From Octopus bimaculoides (taxonomy: Eukaryota), in the NCBI RefSeq assembly GCF_001194135.2, contig NC_068984.1, positions 55,820,346-55,884,345 on the forward strand: a stretch of 64,000 bases of DNA. The letters run 5' to 3'. This document shows, piece by piece, positions 1 to 16,695 of the stretch. The position numbers and the translations under genes were made by a program. Position 1 is the stretch's first letter. Each line of letters starts with the position of its first letter. Below the pieces are notes generated by a model. It had not been told where the DNA came from, searched no databases, and was given only the letters and a program-made list of their open reading frames with translations.

Positions 1-42
1 AAGAAATAGTTGGTCACTGAAAATCAGCTCACACACACACGA

Positions 43-129
<87 letters not shown>

Positions 130-1740
130 AACACATATACATATATACATACAAGTTGTTTGATGTTCTGTTGGTTTGAACAGAAAACATAACATTGAAA
201 TTACTAACTAATGTACAGCTTTGAATATATTGAACAGATGTACCTAGGTGCTGGTAGCAACGTAAATAAATAAATTCATAAATACATATAATTACTTTAT
301 TTTTGTCATGAGAAATAAAAAAAACCTCATATCCTCATTCTGATTTTCTACTTATAAATCGAATATGATTTATTGAAACGAAAAACTTCATGCGAATACC
401 AATTGGTTATAGTTGTTTTTATTGTCGTTGTTGTTGCTTTGTCCTCCGTTATAAGTGATCGAATCCGTCCTCTATGCGAGACCATTCCGTCTTTGTGTGT
501 GGGGAGGGTCTATATTGGCTAATGAGATCTTCCTTTTTTTAAAGATGGGACGCAGTTTAGTTAGCATATAGGCACTCGCAATTGCTTTCATTGGTTTTAA
601 ATAGTTTCACAAGTAAATTCACGTTGTTTGCAAATGTTGTGTTTCAACATATCTTTTGATCGGTTAATTCAAATATAGAGGATGTAAGTAATGTAAATTT
701 CTGCTTTCATCCAGTAAAGACACTAGGGCTGATAGCTGCTTATTTGTCTCTTCATCACGAGATCGTGGTTTGAAATCTTGGACCGTGTGGAACGCGTATC
801 CTCTGGCAACGCATTTCATTTTACATTGTTCCAATCTACTCAGGTGTAGTTATTAGCCGAGTGCTGGCGCAGCCCAGTTCCCACTCTCTCCTTCTAGCCT
901 GAATGTTTCATTGGGTTAAGGGTGAAGGTACAAAACGGATGTTTATGTCTGTTCATGCCCATATAGCCACCGAAGCCATACTTGTTCATGAGTGACTGTT
1001 GATTGTATTACACTTGTATGTTTATCGACCTTCAACATCGAGGTAGTACTGTATTTTATAAATTCGTTGATATTCCACTATGCCATTCAGTACAAAACTT
1101 TTGTAGTGAAACAAGAAGAAAAAAGAATATTAATTTGTTTACAATCAACTACTCTTATCTAATTTTTTATTCTGACAGCGATCTTTAATTTCTAGCAATT
1201 CGCCATTTTTTTTCTTTTTCTTTACAACTGTGGAAGATCATTAGAAACAAAATTGTTTCAAAGAGAAAAGCAATAGTAAAAATAAATTTTCCTACATTAA
1301 GTTAAATACGAACCGATAAGAGAGCCTCTGCATGCGACTACAAAACAAATTGCCTCTAAATCACTTTCTACTCTCTTAAAGAAAGAAATGAAACATTGCA
1401 CTTACGTCTGAATAAGAAACGTTAACCACCGTTAAAGCGCCTTTATCTATTACCTAACTGTTCAGGTGTACATGACAAAGGAATAACAGTAAAAACTCAG
1501 ATAAATGACAGTAAATATTAATCCTATTACAGTTTATTGAGCAAGTTTTATGTGCATTTATGAAGGAATAAATGAAATTCCGTAGGGTCGCTCACAGATA
1601 TTAATGAAAAAATTCTTGATAATTTAATTAGAATTACCCAGTTTATTGTATCTTTCAAAAAAAAATTTTACATTTGTGAATTTGGTGGTATACGAAAATG
1701 AAGTTTTTACACCTGTTATAGATGATGTGAGTATCTTTAC

Positions 1741-1992
1741 CTGAAATATTTTCTCTCCAAACCGCAAAGATTTGGACAAATCTTTTGTGAAAGGCAAGTA
1801 CTTTTGTAACATACAGATCTTTGCTCCGATGTCTCTCGTGTCATTCAAAAGAAAGGAAAAGCAGATACAGTTTCGTACTATTGTCGTCGCAGGCGTCCCC
1901 GTCAGAACACAGAGAGCTAGAACAAACTTCGCTAGACACCTTCTATTAACTCTGTGAAGCTCAAATCCTGGATTAATAGGGTATTTTGTTTT
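1741..1992 (-). CDS. Candidate 252-nt exon KTKYPINPGFELHRVNRRCLAKFVLALCVLTG...SLRFGEKIFQ
   Basis: 84 open codons between tttgtgcttccagtgtag| and CAG|GTAAAG, with locally raised GC/CpG. A competing plus-strand reading exists at 1817-1920. Confidence 0.35.
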
Positions 1993-2176
1993 CTACACTG
2001 GAAGCACAAACTGCAAGGTAATCACAGCGAGACTTGAGTATAAAGAGTAAAGAGCCAGAAAAAATATTTCTTCGCATTCTCTCCAATGTTCTAATAACTA
2101 CATTAATTCGCGGCCATGCTATATATGAGTATAGATTTTAGTGCGCGCGCGCGTGTTTGTGCGTGTAAATACATAC

Positions 2177-2226
<50 letters not shown>

Positions 2227-3133
2227 GTGACAGAGAGGGAGAGAGTGGGGGAGTTTAGCGGAAAATAAAAAAAGAAAGAGATGCACAGTTCTAAATTCAT
2301 TACATCAGAAACCTGAAATCTGTTGAGAAATTATATACACTCACTTTCTTCTGTGTATAATCCCAATAAAATGTACAAATGAATTTCTTAATCCGTTGAC
2401 GCATGTAATTTGTAACTTCAAAGCTTATTAGTCGTCAAATATGTGGTTAATTTATGTATTCATAGCAACAGTCAGCTTATTTCAACGTATTTCAAGGACA
2501 TTCTGTTGGTATGGTACAAATGCAAAGAAAGAGCATTTGAAAATCACTATTTTTAGGTATTGAACTTAAGTCATCGTATTTAATTTTACAGAAAATATTA
2601 TTTCAAAACAAATGACAATAATAGAATATTATAGAAATAGCAAATAATATGGAATTTTTTATTTAAACTTCAATACACAAAGCTTGTTTGAATTTCGTAA
2701 CGCGTTACATCATTGGTACTCCCTTCAAGATTTGCCTTCGTGTAGTATACCAGGAGTATGTCAACTAATTTCTCTAAGTGTGTTCTATCTAATAAAATCC
2801 TTAAGTTTTACAGTGGTCCCGCTCTTAACAGCAATGAAATATATTTTTTAGTATTATCAATTTACAACTAATTGGACATTTTAGTCAGCATCCTAACATT
2901 TTTGAAAACCCTGTATTGTGCCGAAAACCGAGTTTCTTGTTAAAGACCACCCTTGTCTAGCTATGAATTTTACCAAGATTTTCATTTTTTATGAAGAAGA
3001 TAGCATAAAAAATTGGGTTAACAGAGGCACTACAATATTTTTTAACACTACAACATCTTGTATTCTACATACAAAAAAGACATCAATTTCGTTGAATTAA
3101 GTTTTACTCGTTGCTCTGTTACTACTCCACAAA

Positions 3134-3168
<35 letters not shown>

Positions 3169-4295
3169 ATAGATAGATAATAAGACTCAAAGTTTAGTGT
3201 AAAAAATGCTTACAATCGACAAGAAAACCCAACCACAATTTACTAATGATGTGCTTCCCCAGTCAACATGTTAGTCCTTCTATTGTCTACAATTGAACTG
3301 TCTATGCACGATGAAATAAAAAAAAAACATTTACAATAGAATTTCCTTCCCTTTATAACATATCTCATTCTAAAGTTGCAATATAATAATATGATAGCAC
3401 CTCGGCTTTTCTGACAAATTAGTGAAAACGTTTCTTCAAAATCCTGGAAAAGAGAAGTTTATTTTTTGTGTGAACAGGTTCCAAACATAGACTTGATTGC
3501 ATACATGTAACACCAAGTCAAAGTAGGATTCAAGTGAGGATGATTTGTTTTTTATTTGTTTGGTTTTGGTTTCTTTTTCCTTCTCTTTTCCTTCTTTTGT
3601 ATTTTCATGAAGAGTGACACAAATTAGGTTCTGCATTATTGGAAAAAACCTTGCTGACAGTATGATTAAAAGAAGTATCGGATAAAATAATCATACTTCT
3701 TGGATTAATAAATCTACTTGATAATCATATCTCTGGTATTGATAATTAAATTTTGCTTATGAATAAAGATGTATTCGCTTTCTAATCTCCATGTAATAGT
3801 TGATATATTTCAGCAAAATAAAAGGAACAATTTTCGGAGTGAAAGAAAACAAATAAATAAATTTGCTACTGTTATAGTTTTATCTTTGTTATTTTTCCAT
3901 CCGATATGAACGCAGCTATTTCTGAATTGTTCAAATTACCGATATGTGTAAATGTAGCTTAAGCTCAGATGATTTGAGGACAGGTGCATTGCTCCAGTTT
4001 CATGGCATGAAACAAAGAATATATCACACATTGGATAGAATATCAGTCTAACACAAGTAATATTCTAAGATTATATTTTACGTATTCATATCAGCTAGGA
4101 GTACTCAAGCTGCATTGTGAAAAAAGTTCTGACGAAAGAAAACGCAACGAAATACCTTTAGCAAGTTTAATATTGGGGTTAAACTTACCATATCCAATCA
4201 GCCTTTTTGTTTTTCTTTCACGTTGCTAGATTACAAAGGTTTAAAGGGAATTTTCCAAATCGCATCTTCCCTAGACTGTTGTAAATACTAATACT

Positions 4296-4507
4296 GGTTT
4301 TGAAATTTGGCACAAGGCCAGTAATTTCGAGAGAAAGGTAAATCGATTACATCGGCCCTACTGCTCATCTGATACTTATTTTATCGACACCGAAAGGATG
4401 AAAGGTAAGTCGACCTCGGAGGAATTTGAACTCGGAACATGAAAACGGACGAAATGCCGCTAAGTATTTTGCCCGGAGAGCTAACGATTCTGCCAGCTCG
4501 CCGCCTT
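4296..4507 (-). mobile_element. tRNA-derived SINE with Nin/Deu-domain-like core
   Basis: Reverse complement starts AAGGCGGCGAGCTGGCAGAATCGTTAG and contains GAGGTCGACTT...CCTTTCATCCTTTCGGTGTCGATAAAATAAGTA. Homologous copies at 30268 and 44519. Confidence 0.8.
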
Positions 4508-4811
4508 TATAAATATTAATATTCAGGAAGATACAACAGTTGTATGTAGATCACCAGATTATCTCCCGTTTGTATAACTTGCGTGATGACTACTTTCATC
4601 TGAGTCAAGTGGCTTTTCACTTAATCCCTGACTCGGCAGTAGACTCCGAATCATTTATTGATTCACAACGTGTTATAGTCAGTATGATTTTGTAATTGTA
4701 ATGTATTGTAGATTTCTCCCACTTCTCTCTCTTTTACTTCCTGATATATACACACACACATATACACACACATCTATATTTAAATATATATCCATATACA
4801 TATATATATCC

Positions 4812-4848
<37 letters not shown>

Positions 4849-5601
4849 NNNNNNNNNNNNNNNNNNNNNNNNNNNNNNNNNNNNNNNNNNNNNNNNNNNN
4901 NNNNNNNNNNNNNNNNNNNNNNNNNNNNNNNNNNNNNNNNNNNNNNNNNNNNNNNNNNNNNNNNNNNNNNNNNNNNNNNNNNNNNNNNNNNNNNNNNNNN
5001 NNNNNNNNNNNNNNNNNNNNNNNNNNNNNNNNNNNNNNNNNNNNNNNNNNNNNNNNNNNNNNNNNNNNNNNNNNNNNNNNNNNNNNNNNNNNNNNNNNNN
5101 NNNNNNNNNNNNNNNNNNNNNNNNNNNNNNNNNNNNNNNNNNNNNNNNNNNNNNNNNNNNNNNNNNNNNNNNNNNNNNNNNNNNNNNNNNNNNNNNNNNN
5201 NNNNNNNNNNNNNNNNNNNNNNNNNNNNNNNNNNNNNNNNNNNNNNNNNNNNNNNNNNNNNNNNNNNNNNNNNNNNNNNNNNNNNNNNNNNNNNNNNNNN
5301 NNNNNNNNNNNNNNNNNNNNNNNNNNNNNNNNNNNNNNNNNNNNNNNNNNNNNNNNNNNNNNNNNNNNNNNNNNNNNNNNNNNNNNNNNNNNNNNNNNNN
5401 NNNNNNNNNNNNNNNNNNNNNNNNNNNNNNNNNNNNNNNNNNNNNNNNNNNNNNNNNNNNNNNNNNNNNNNNNNNNNNNNNNNNNNNNNNNNNNNNNNNN
5501 NNNNNNNNNNNNNNNNNNNNNNNNNNNNNNNNNNNNCTTTCATGACCTTAACAGCGATTAAGTGCTCAGTTAAAATAAATTCTAAAATCTCCTTAGAAAG
5601 A

Positions 5602-5642
<41 letters not shown>

Positions 5643-5766
5643 TGCGTGTGTGCGTGTGTGTGCGTGTTTGTGGTTAACTGAAAAAGTAAGGCCAAATTAT
5701 GTCTTATAAGTATCAGCTGCACATCAGAAATAATTTTTTTTGAAAGCTATAAGAAAATATACTTAC

Positions 5767-5862
5767 CAGCAACCATTTCGAATCATACAGCTTTTCTATC
5801 AAAATTATAAACTCACAATTGTACTTATAATAATTGGTACATGTGGCCTTATTGCTAAATGC
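5767..5862 (-). CDS. Candidate 96-nt exon AFSNKATCTNYYKYNCEFIILIEKLYDSKWLL
   Basis: Consensus donor CTG|GTAAGT, acceptor gatatcatag|, open frame, phase 0 to 0. Confidence 0.3.
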
Positions 5863-6265
5863 CTATGATATCTCAAAATGTTAATGCTTTGAAGAAAGAA
5901 AGTGAACATCTAGCTCTCCGCATCGTAAATATTATTTGCAAGTGGAACAGTTAAAATCTGAAAGCATTTTAAACACTTAACGCTTCCCTGCTTTTATCTA
6001 AAGTCTTTTATCTAAAGTCTACAGATAGAGCTTCTTAGAAGCAAGCTTCGTTATATGAAGAATGAGCATAATTAGAATAAATATTCGAAACATAAATACA
6101 GGAACGGCAGTGTGGGTGTGAACTTCACTTCGTAACTTTTGGATTTCAGGGTCACAGCCACTGCCCCGCACACTTGGGCAAGTCTCTAAAGCTATAATCC
6201 CGGCCCGTATAATGCCTTGTGAGTGTATATGAATTATGAATTTGATAGACAGATACAATGCAAAA

Positions 6266-6296
<31 letters not shown>

Positions 6297-6785
6297 NNNN
6301 NNNNNNGAAGATTTTAGAACATTTATAAATAGGTCTTACAGCTGTTTCCAGGATATTTATTATATCCCTTCATCGGAGATGGTGTGAGAAAATGGTTAAG
6401 CAATAGTTAATTTAGATAAGATACGAAATAGAGAGTGATGTGGAGGAATGAAAATAGATGTGAGATATGCAGAGATATTGCATTTGCAGATCCATTATTC
6501 AGGCAGAATGGTATACATATAAGATTCCAATACCTTGTGAGTAAAATCCAATAGTATTTAAAATTGGTCATCCAAGTATAGAGTTTGTACACAGTGGTAT
6601 TGAATCAAGGGTTTTATTTAAATGTTTTATTTATGTCTTGGAGATATCTTATGGTAGTGGAATAGTATTTGACTGCTATTTCTAAATTTCGGTATGTGGT
6701 CAAATAGTTTTGCCGAACCCTAATTATAATTATGCTTATAATTATAAAAGTTTTGTATATATATATATATATATATATATGCATA

Positions 6786-6835
<50 letters not shown>

Positions 6836-6890
6836 GGCAGGCAGGCAGCCAGGCAGCCAGGCAGCCAGACAGACAGACAGACAGACAGAC

Positions 6891-6944
<54 letters not shown>

Positions 6945-7139
6945 GAGTTTGTATCTTTGTGTATTTCAATAATGTTTGATGACCGGCGTTGGTTTGTTTA
7001 CACCTCCGTATGTGAGCTCTTCGATGAAACAAGTCAATAGAATAAGTAGCAAAGTTAAACTAAGCAAGCTAAACACCTTCAAATCCGTGCTCCAGCATGG
7101 CTGCAGTCAAATGCCTGTAACAAGTAAATGAATATGAAC

Positions 7140-7710
7140 AGACTTTCGCTTTTCCAACACTCTTCCCCAGAGTCTTCGAAATCTTTGCCAAATATTTTCA
7201 CTTTGCACTCTTCAAAACATATCATTCCGCTAAATTGTCGAAACTACTTGTGATATTAATCATGTTTATGTGTTCTTTTGTATTCATTGATGTTCTTAGT
7301 GTGCTACATCTATTTATATAAATTATGATATCTTCTAAGCCTAGTTCTTTTCTATTCCTCGTTATGATTCGTCGGCTTAATTCTAATACTCCCTGGCGTC
7401 TATGATTAGAAATTCAACAGCAAATTAGAATATATCGTAACTAAGCCTATTTTCTGTTATAGAGACAGGAATGGTGGTTACTCTTCTTCTCTTTGTTCAC
7501 TTGATCGAAGGAGAATTATATTCGTTTAAAATTCTGTTTAATGCTATTTAATTCATACATTGTCTACTCTTCAGGAAAACCTATTTTCAAATTAAGCTTG
7601 AAGAGATTTCCCCGAAAAACCGTATCATTAAACTGATCGCAAATAGTTCATTGCTTTTCAAAGTAACAGGAATAGGAAGTGTTTTAAGTATTTGATCAAG
7701 TAAAGAATAT
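7140..7710 (-). mobile_element. Possible ancient LINE remnant
   Basis: Faint EN-RT linker-like traces (ADES*RGIEKN...LYK) in a stop-ridden frame. Confidence 0.2.
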
Positions 7711-9441
7711 ACAAAATATGTCAAGAAAAATACATCTCAAGTTCTCATGAAATTGTACGTTTGCGCTTGGGTCAATATCTATCATAAGTTTATGCTTAAA
7801 ATAAGAAGATTCTCATTACACAGATGCTTTTAGCATGTATCGACCATGTGATTCTGAAAGATTGAAGGTTAAACTTACCTAATCTGTTGTCATATTAACA
7901 TACATTTTGTCAAATATATTCAGAAAATATATCTGCTTCGATGAGTAAAAGTTTACGCTTCACTTCACATTGTTATAGGAGATTGTCTAGAACATCTTTT
8001 TACAGTCAAACTGAATGATGCATATATTCAAATAAAATGCATTTTGTTTTCCCATTTAGTTTCTTTAATCGTTCTCATTACTTTTTATAGAAAATAATTC
8101 TACTAACTTTTCATTAAAGTACTTAAAATGTAAGGTGCCATTGCATATTGGATTAATACCGTTTGTGATTTCATGCTAAGATTTATTCACAAAATCGAAA
8201 TATCTTAAAAGTACTGTTGTTTAACGCTAGAAACGACAGCTGATCAGAGACGTTTCATTCGTAACCATCCAGTTTTGTAAGATTGTCTAGAAACACATTA
8301 AGCAATGTATTTTCCCGTTCGTGCAAACGATGAAGTGTGTTTGAGAGAAAAAGAGATTTGACTATTATTTCTAGCATATATTATGACAATGTAAAGAATT
8401 TTATTTCCTTCTCCAGTTCTCTGGAAGAATTTGAGGACACCATTATATCTATCCACTCGGCCAGATGTATCACTGCAGTAAATAAAAGATATGAGAATAC
8501 AAAAAATATTTCTCCGAATGCTTTGAGAGTTCCAAAAAGTTAAAAAAAAAAGAAGAGGAACTTTTTAAATAATCTAGATTTTTTTTTTAATTTCTGGTAG
8601 TGACCTGAGAAAAATATGTAGCTGGTGATTGGTTGATATGATATTTTAATATTAACAAGATACTTCTAGAAATTAGCTCATGTTGTATTATACATGTAAA
8701 TAATAGTTCCATAGCAACATTTCTCTTACTTTCGATTTAGTACAGTATACGAATAAAACTTTGCTTATCAAACTCAGTTTTTATCTTAATTTTTATCTCA
8801 ACGTATTAATGAACAAATTTTAGACTGTCATATCTTTGTGAATCAAATCTATCGTTTTTGCATCTATTTAAAAAGTTATTTTTAAATATATTTTTATAAA
8901 ATGTAACAAAACAGAAACATCTTACATGCTAATTTATTCGTTACATTAGATGTAGCTGTACAGTATACTGGTTTCAAAAGTATTTTTTAGTTTAAAAGAA
9001 GGTTTTTTTAAAACGTAGCTGCACCTAATAATTTGGCACATATACTCTAATTTTGCTAACAGACATCAGGTGTTTCTCTTATGTTTGATTGCTAAACTAA
9101 ATCTTCCTTTGATTTCGCACACTCCACCAAATCTCCAATCATCCTTCAAAAATGCATCAGTTAATGGAATTCGTCATCATTATCGTTGTATTTGAATACA
9201 AAGTCTGAATCATTATTCTATAAAAATTATAACTTACTGGATTGTCTTCTTTAAATTCAATTATAATTTAAATTTTAATCTCTGTAGCTTAACATTTATA
9301 TCTACAGCCTGCCTGCTGTCAAGGCAATCAAAACTATCTCTATTATTTCTTAGAAACCGAATTAATATTCTTTACATCAAGTAAAAGATTATTTCGAAAA
9401 TTAACTTTAAAATGTATTTAAACGTAGCCACTTGCATGGTT

Positions 9442-9570
<129 letters not shown>

Positions 9571-9856
9571 TCTCTTTCCCTCGCTCTCTTTCTATATGTT
9601 TCTTTTATCTTCTTTCAGTCATTAGACTGCGGCTATGCTGAGACACTGCCTTGAGGAATTTTAGTCAAATAAATCATCTCTAGTGCTTATTTTCTTTTTA
9701 AGCCTAGTACTTATTCTATCCATGTCCTTTGCCGAACCGCTAATTTACGCGAACGTAAACATACCAACACCGATTGTCAAACGGTGGTGAGGGACAAGCA
9801 CAAAGACACATAGACATGCACACACGCGCGCGCGCGCGCACATACATGTATATATA

Positions 9857-10600
9857 CAGGGTGCGTTGAATAAACTGTTGTCTAAATTACATAGAAATGA
9901 AAGTAACACTGACATCTTATTTTAACAAATATATTTACCAAAATTACATAAAAATATTTCGAAATACTAAAGAGTAGATGTATTCAATAAAATCGCCATT
10001 GGCTTCAACCACAGCCTCCAGACGGCTTCGGAATCTCCTGCGACTATTCTGGACAGTCTCCATTAAGATGGTGAATGCTGCCATAATTCTTGCCTTCAGT
10101 TCATCTTTGGTGTTACAAGTTTTGTTGGTCTCTCGCTCAACTGTGCCCCACACATAATAAACAAGGGAGTTGAAGTCTGGGGAGTTATGTAGCCAGATGT
10201 TGAGGGTGATGTAGTCGCTGAAACTTTCTGACAGCCATAACTGGCTTCTCCTGCTTGTGTGGCATGCTGCAGGATCCTGTTGCCAAATATAGGGCATTCC
10301 AGTAGCCACCCTCTTGACCCAGGGCAGCACTACCTCCTCCAGGCCTCCAGGCACTTGATATAGGCTTCCGTGTTGAGTCTCAGGCCGTGTGAGAAGATGA
10401 ATGGAAGTATAACATCGCCATCACTCCAAACACCATGATGATGACTGTATGTTTGATTTTTTATCACTCTCAGTACATGCACTGCCATCAGATTGACACC
10501 CAAACACTCTGAAATGTTCATACTGGAACTTCTGGCGCGAATGCCAATCAGTAAAGCATGACGTTTCCAAATTTCTGGCAAAATGAATTGCATTATGGTG
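9857..10600 (-). mobile_element. Tc1/mariner DD37D (maT-like) internally deleted transposon, 5' end lost
   Basis: Translates to WQQDPAACHTSRRSQLWLSESF...NSPDFNSLVYYVWGTVERETNK, with 37 residues between the catalytic D positions. Terminus TA-CAGGGTG at 9855-9863. Frameshifted. Confidence 0.9.
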
Positions 10601-10744
10601 CAGAATACTTGCCCAAGGTGCCATATAGTGTGATTGAATCCGGAACCAAGTGGTTGGGAAGCAAGCTTCCTACCACATAGCAACGCCATATATATATTAC
10701 TTATATATTTGTATACGATTATACAGGTAAGAGTTCGGAAGACC

Positions 10745-11125
10745 ATATATTTTTAATTCTCAGGATGTATCCATTCCTTGTCCTCTCCTTATATATGGGT
10801 CTCAAAGGTGACACTCTTATCCTGAGTTACTTTCCCCAAAAAGTATATGTCTTCAGGTAGTATTCTTTAGGTGTTTCGTGTTTAACGTCATAAAAGAGGG
10901 CAAAACACCTCATATTTTCCACCAAAAATGCACATTTGGACTCATCAAATTTAATTTCAATGTCTTTAGGAAATTGGGTTATGAGATGCAATTGCTTTTT
11001 GATGTGCTTAGCATTTGATCCATTCAGCTTCAGGTCATCAACAATGAAAAAGTGGGACATTGATAAAACCATGCTATACCTGCTATGTTTTGTGATCAAG
11101 TACGATAGGAAGCGTTAATGAGAGA
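10745..11125 (-). mobile_element. R4/Dong-like RT fragment
   Basis: FIVDDLKLNGSNAKHIKKQLHLITQFPKDIEIKFDESKCAFL corresponds to the YMDDLKLY...FS.DI.M.FG..KCA region. Confidence 0.7.
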
Positions 11126-12034
11126 GTAAAGATTAGTAGTAACAAGCTTTCTCCTGAAGTATGTCTTGTTAGTATATGGTGTCAAATTCGAAATGTTCGT
11201 TGAAGTCTCTAAGAAGTAGGGAGAGGTATTAGGCTTTGGTTAGGTGGTAGATGGTAGCTACTAGTAGTGGTCAGGCTTTGGCCAGTTGCCGTGCTTAGAT
11301 AATCCACCTATCTGATATATCACCATAAAAGCCACTTGTCAGTCAAGCCACAGCAGAGCTAAGTTTATGTATGCTTAATCTTACTGAATCACACTATCAA
11401 ATGGGTTCTTCGTGTTTTAAACAGTCGAATATGAATTGAGAGGGATTCTGTTGTTATCTATAATGACACGAGTGACCATGTGTAGGCTTTCTTGTTAGCT
11501 CAATATCTTTTTTCTATGCATGCGTTGTGTGTGTACCAGAACGAACAAACTAAGTGAAGCGAAATTGCCTCAATCACGAATTTGAAACAAGCACATAAAA
11601 TAGATTCCAGTACCTCTTACTTATTGATTTACGATGTTCACCTACACCCCTATTATTATCATTACTACGCAGTTACAATTTTCATCTGCTACCAAAAAAC
11701 TGAAACTTATACACAGCATTGTTCTAGAAATTTATTACGATTTAGAATTTGTTCCAAGTTATGCAAAGTTAATTTCTATTGACTTTTTTCTTAACACAGC
11801 TATATATATGACTTCGAAAATCCACACATACCTAAATTTTCAGAACATTTTTATTTATTCAGCAGCTGAACTTTAAATTTTCTTTCGTCAAAGGTTATGA
11901 TGGGAAAACAGGTCTGTTACAGCCACTTCCAACAAGGTTCAATATCATATCGATTTCTTAATTTGGATCTATAGCATCAGGAACACGTTTCTCATCCGCT
12001 TTTAGCTAAAACATGGCGCACGAGTTTTGACACT

Positions 12035-14830
<2,796 letters not shown>

Positions 14831-15258
14831 TTGTTCAATCAAAGATATCCCAGATATATTTCAACTAAAAGCAATCAGTGTAATTGAGCAATTTGTATCT
14901 CTTCTGCTTTTCCTTTAATAGACTTCGCTGTTCAACATTTTCCCTCTCCTCTCCACCTTCTTTCCAACTTATGAGTTGCATTTTACATCCAGCATTCAGT
15001 TTCGCTCTTTAAATTCCGTCCAACGAATTCCATTCTTTTACATGCATTTTCTATGGTTAAGTCAGAGGAGACAAGGGATCACCTTTGACCTCTATCCAGA
15101 ACTGTGCGATTGGTGGGAGAAATTTCAGTTCTCAGATTGGAAACCTGGCTGAGTTCATTTAAGAGACACACGAATAAGACGATTAACAGGGCAGCAGATA
15201 CAGTTTGCCACCCATATCATTATTCCATGTGCGTATTAATCTCCCTAATCCTCCTCAC

Positions 15259-15357
15259 CTTCAACTTTCTCGTCGACGAATGTAACTGTCGGTGATGGTT
15301 AATATACTTCTTTCGCAGGAAATGGTAGTAATATAGCATTTTCCAAATATTCGATTT
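15259..15357 (-). CDS. Candidate 99-nt exon KSNIWKMLYYYHFLRKKYINHHRQLHSSTRKLK
   Basis: Acceptor ttttgtaacatgtag|, donor AAG|GTGAGG, open frame, phase 0 to 0. Confidence 0.3.
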
Positions 15358-16072
15358 CTACATGTTACAAAATATTTTTATACAATTTTTCAAACGGTTT
15401 AACAAAACTTCTATGATTTTGTCACTTTTATCCATCAAGATTTTATGATACATGTTTTCATCCGCTGGTTGAAAGTGAAGCCTTTCATTTAGCCGTTTCT
15501 GTCTCACATCCACTTTGCTTGCATTTGTTTACGTTATTCCATGCTTCAATTAGTCACTCCTGCTTCAAAACAAATTTAAGATTTTAAGACTGTTGAATTA
15601 ATATTATGTGATATTTAAAGTTTGTTCTTTTCTTTCGTAGCGTAAGAATGTCCTTGGAATTTTATCGTTTCAGAATGTTTCAGAAGAGATTCATAGACTT
15701 CATTTCAATGGCTCTCGGGAAACGTTAGGCTGTTGTACAAGCACCCATCTCTAAGTACATTGCTTCTTATTGCAGACATAGCTGTAACCTAATGAAGTTG
15801 ATTACATACTTCTTGTTATCTTGTCATCCGTTAATTAATATTACATTCTGTACTTGTCTATTTGGCTAACAATTTACTCTAAAGTGTATGTGTATATGTA
15901 TATTCAGTTCTAACAACTGGTTATTAGTGTCTCTAATAAACACAAATATATATGTATATGCATGTATGTATGCATGTATGTGTATATGTGTGCCAAATGT
16001 ATGTATGTATGTGTGTGCGTATGTATGGATATGTTTATACATACACACATGTGTATAGTATGCAAATAAGTG

Positions 16073-16162
<90 letters not shown>

Positions 16163-16184
16163 CATACATACACTCGCCGAAAAA

Positions 16185-16347
16185 TCGCCGAAATTTCATC
16201 GAAAATGTATCATGTTTATAACAATTGAAGATTAACCGTTATGCTTAAAATTATGAAATTTTATAATTGCTATTAAAGCACACACGCACAGACACACTAT
16301 AAATATATATAAACACATATATACACATACAAACACATATACAAGTA

Positions 16348-16382
<35 letters not shown>

Positions 16383-16695
16383 TGTCTGTCTTGGAAAAGG
16401 GAAAGTACTGGATAATTGGCCAGTGCAGTGAATGTGTGTGCGTGCATGTGTGCGTGTGTGCGTGTGCGTGTGCGTGTGTGTGCGTGTGTGTGCATGTGTG
16501 TTTGTTTATATTTATGTACGTATGTAACTATGTATAACGAGTTTTGGCTGGTTTGAAATGGCGAAAGTAAAGCGCTTATCCTAACTGCTTTGTGGTATGT
16601 GCTTTAATAGCAATTATAAAATTTCATAATTTTAAGCATAACGGTTAATCTTCAATTGCTATAAACATGATACATTTTCGATGAAATTTCGGCGA
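16185..16695. repeat. Inverted repeat, ~98-bp arms (16185-16282 / 16598-16695)
   Basis: Arms are reverse complements with one mismatch that I could see. The ~315-bp spacer contains microsatellites. Confidence 0.95.

Noticed and set aside
2640-2915. TA-CAGGGT terminus suggesting a Tc1/mariner MITE
   Set aside because: The second TIR could not be located, so it was not listed as a feature.
4189-4226. Short minus-strand exon candidate with ATG|GTAAGT donor, plus ORF 3436-3636
   Set aside because: The frame is ambiguous and it does not join the chain without an unseen exon. The downstream ORF is largely the antisense of a T-rich tract.
7877-8010. Consensus minus-strand donor TAG|GTAAGT with upstream acceptors
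   Set aside because: All frames contain stops before or at the donor.
8418-8543. Strong plus-strand acceptor followed by an open frame; YLSTRP hexapeptide also seen at 33557
   Set aside because: No convincing donor and no nucleotide homology between the two sites, so treated as coincidence.
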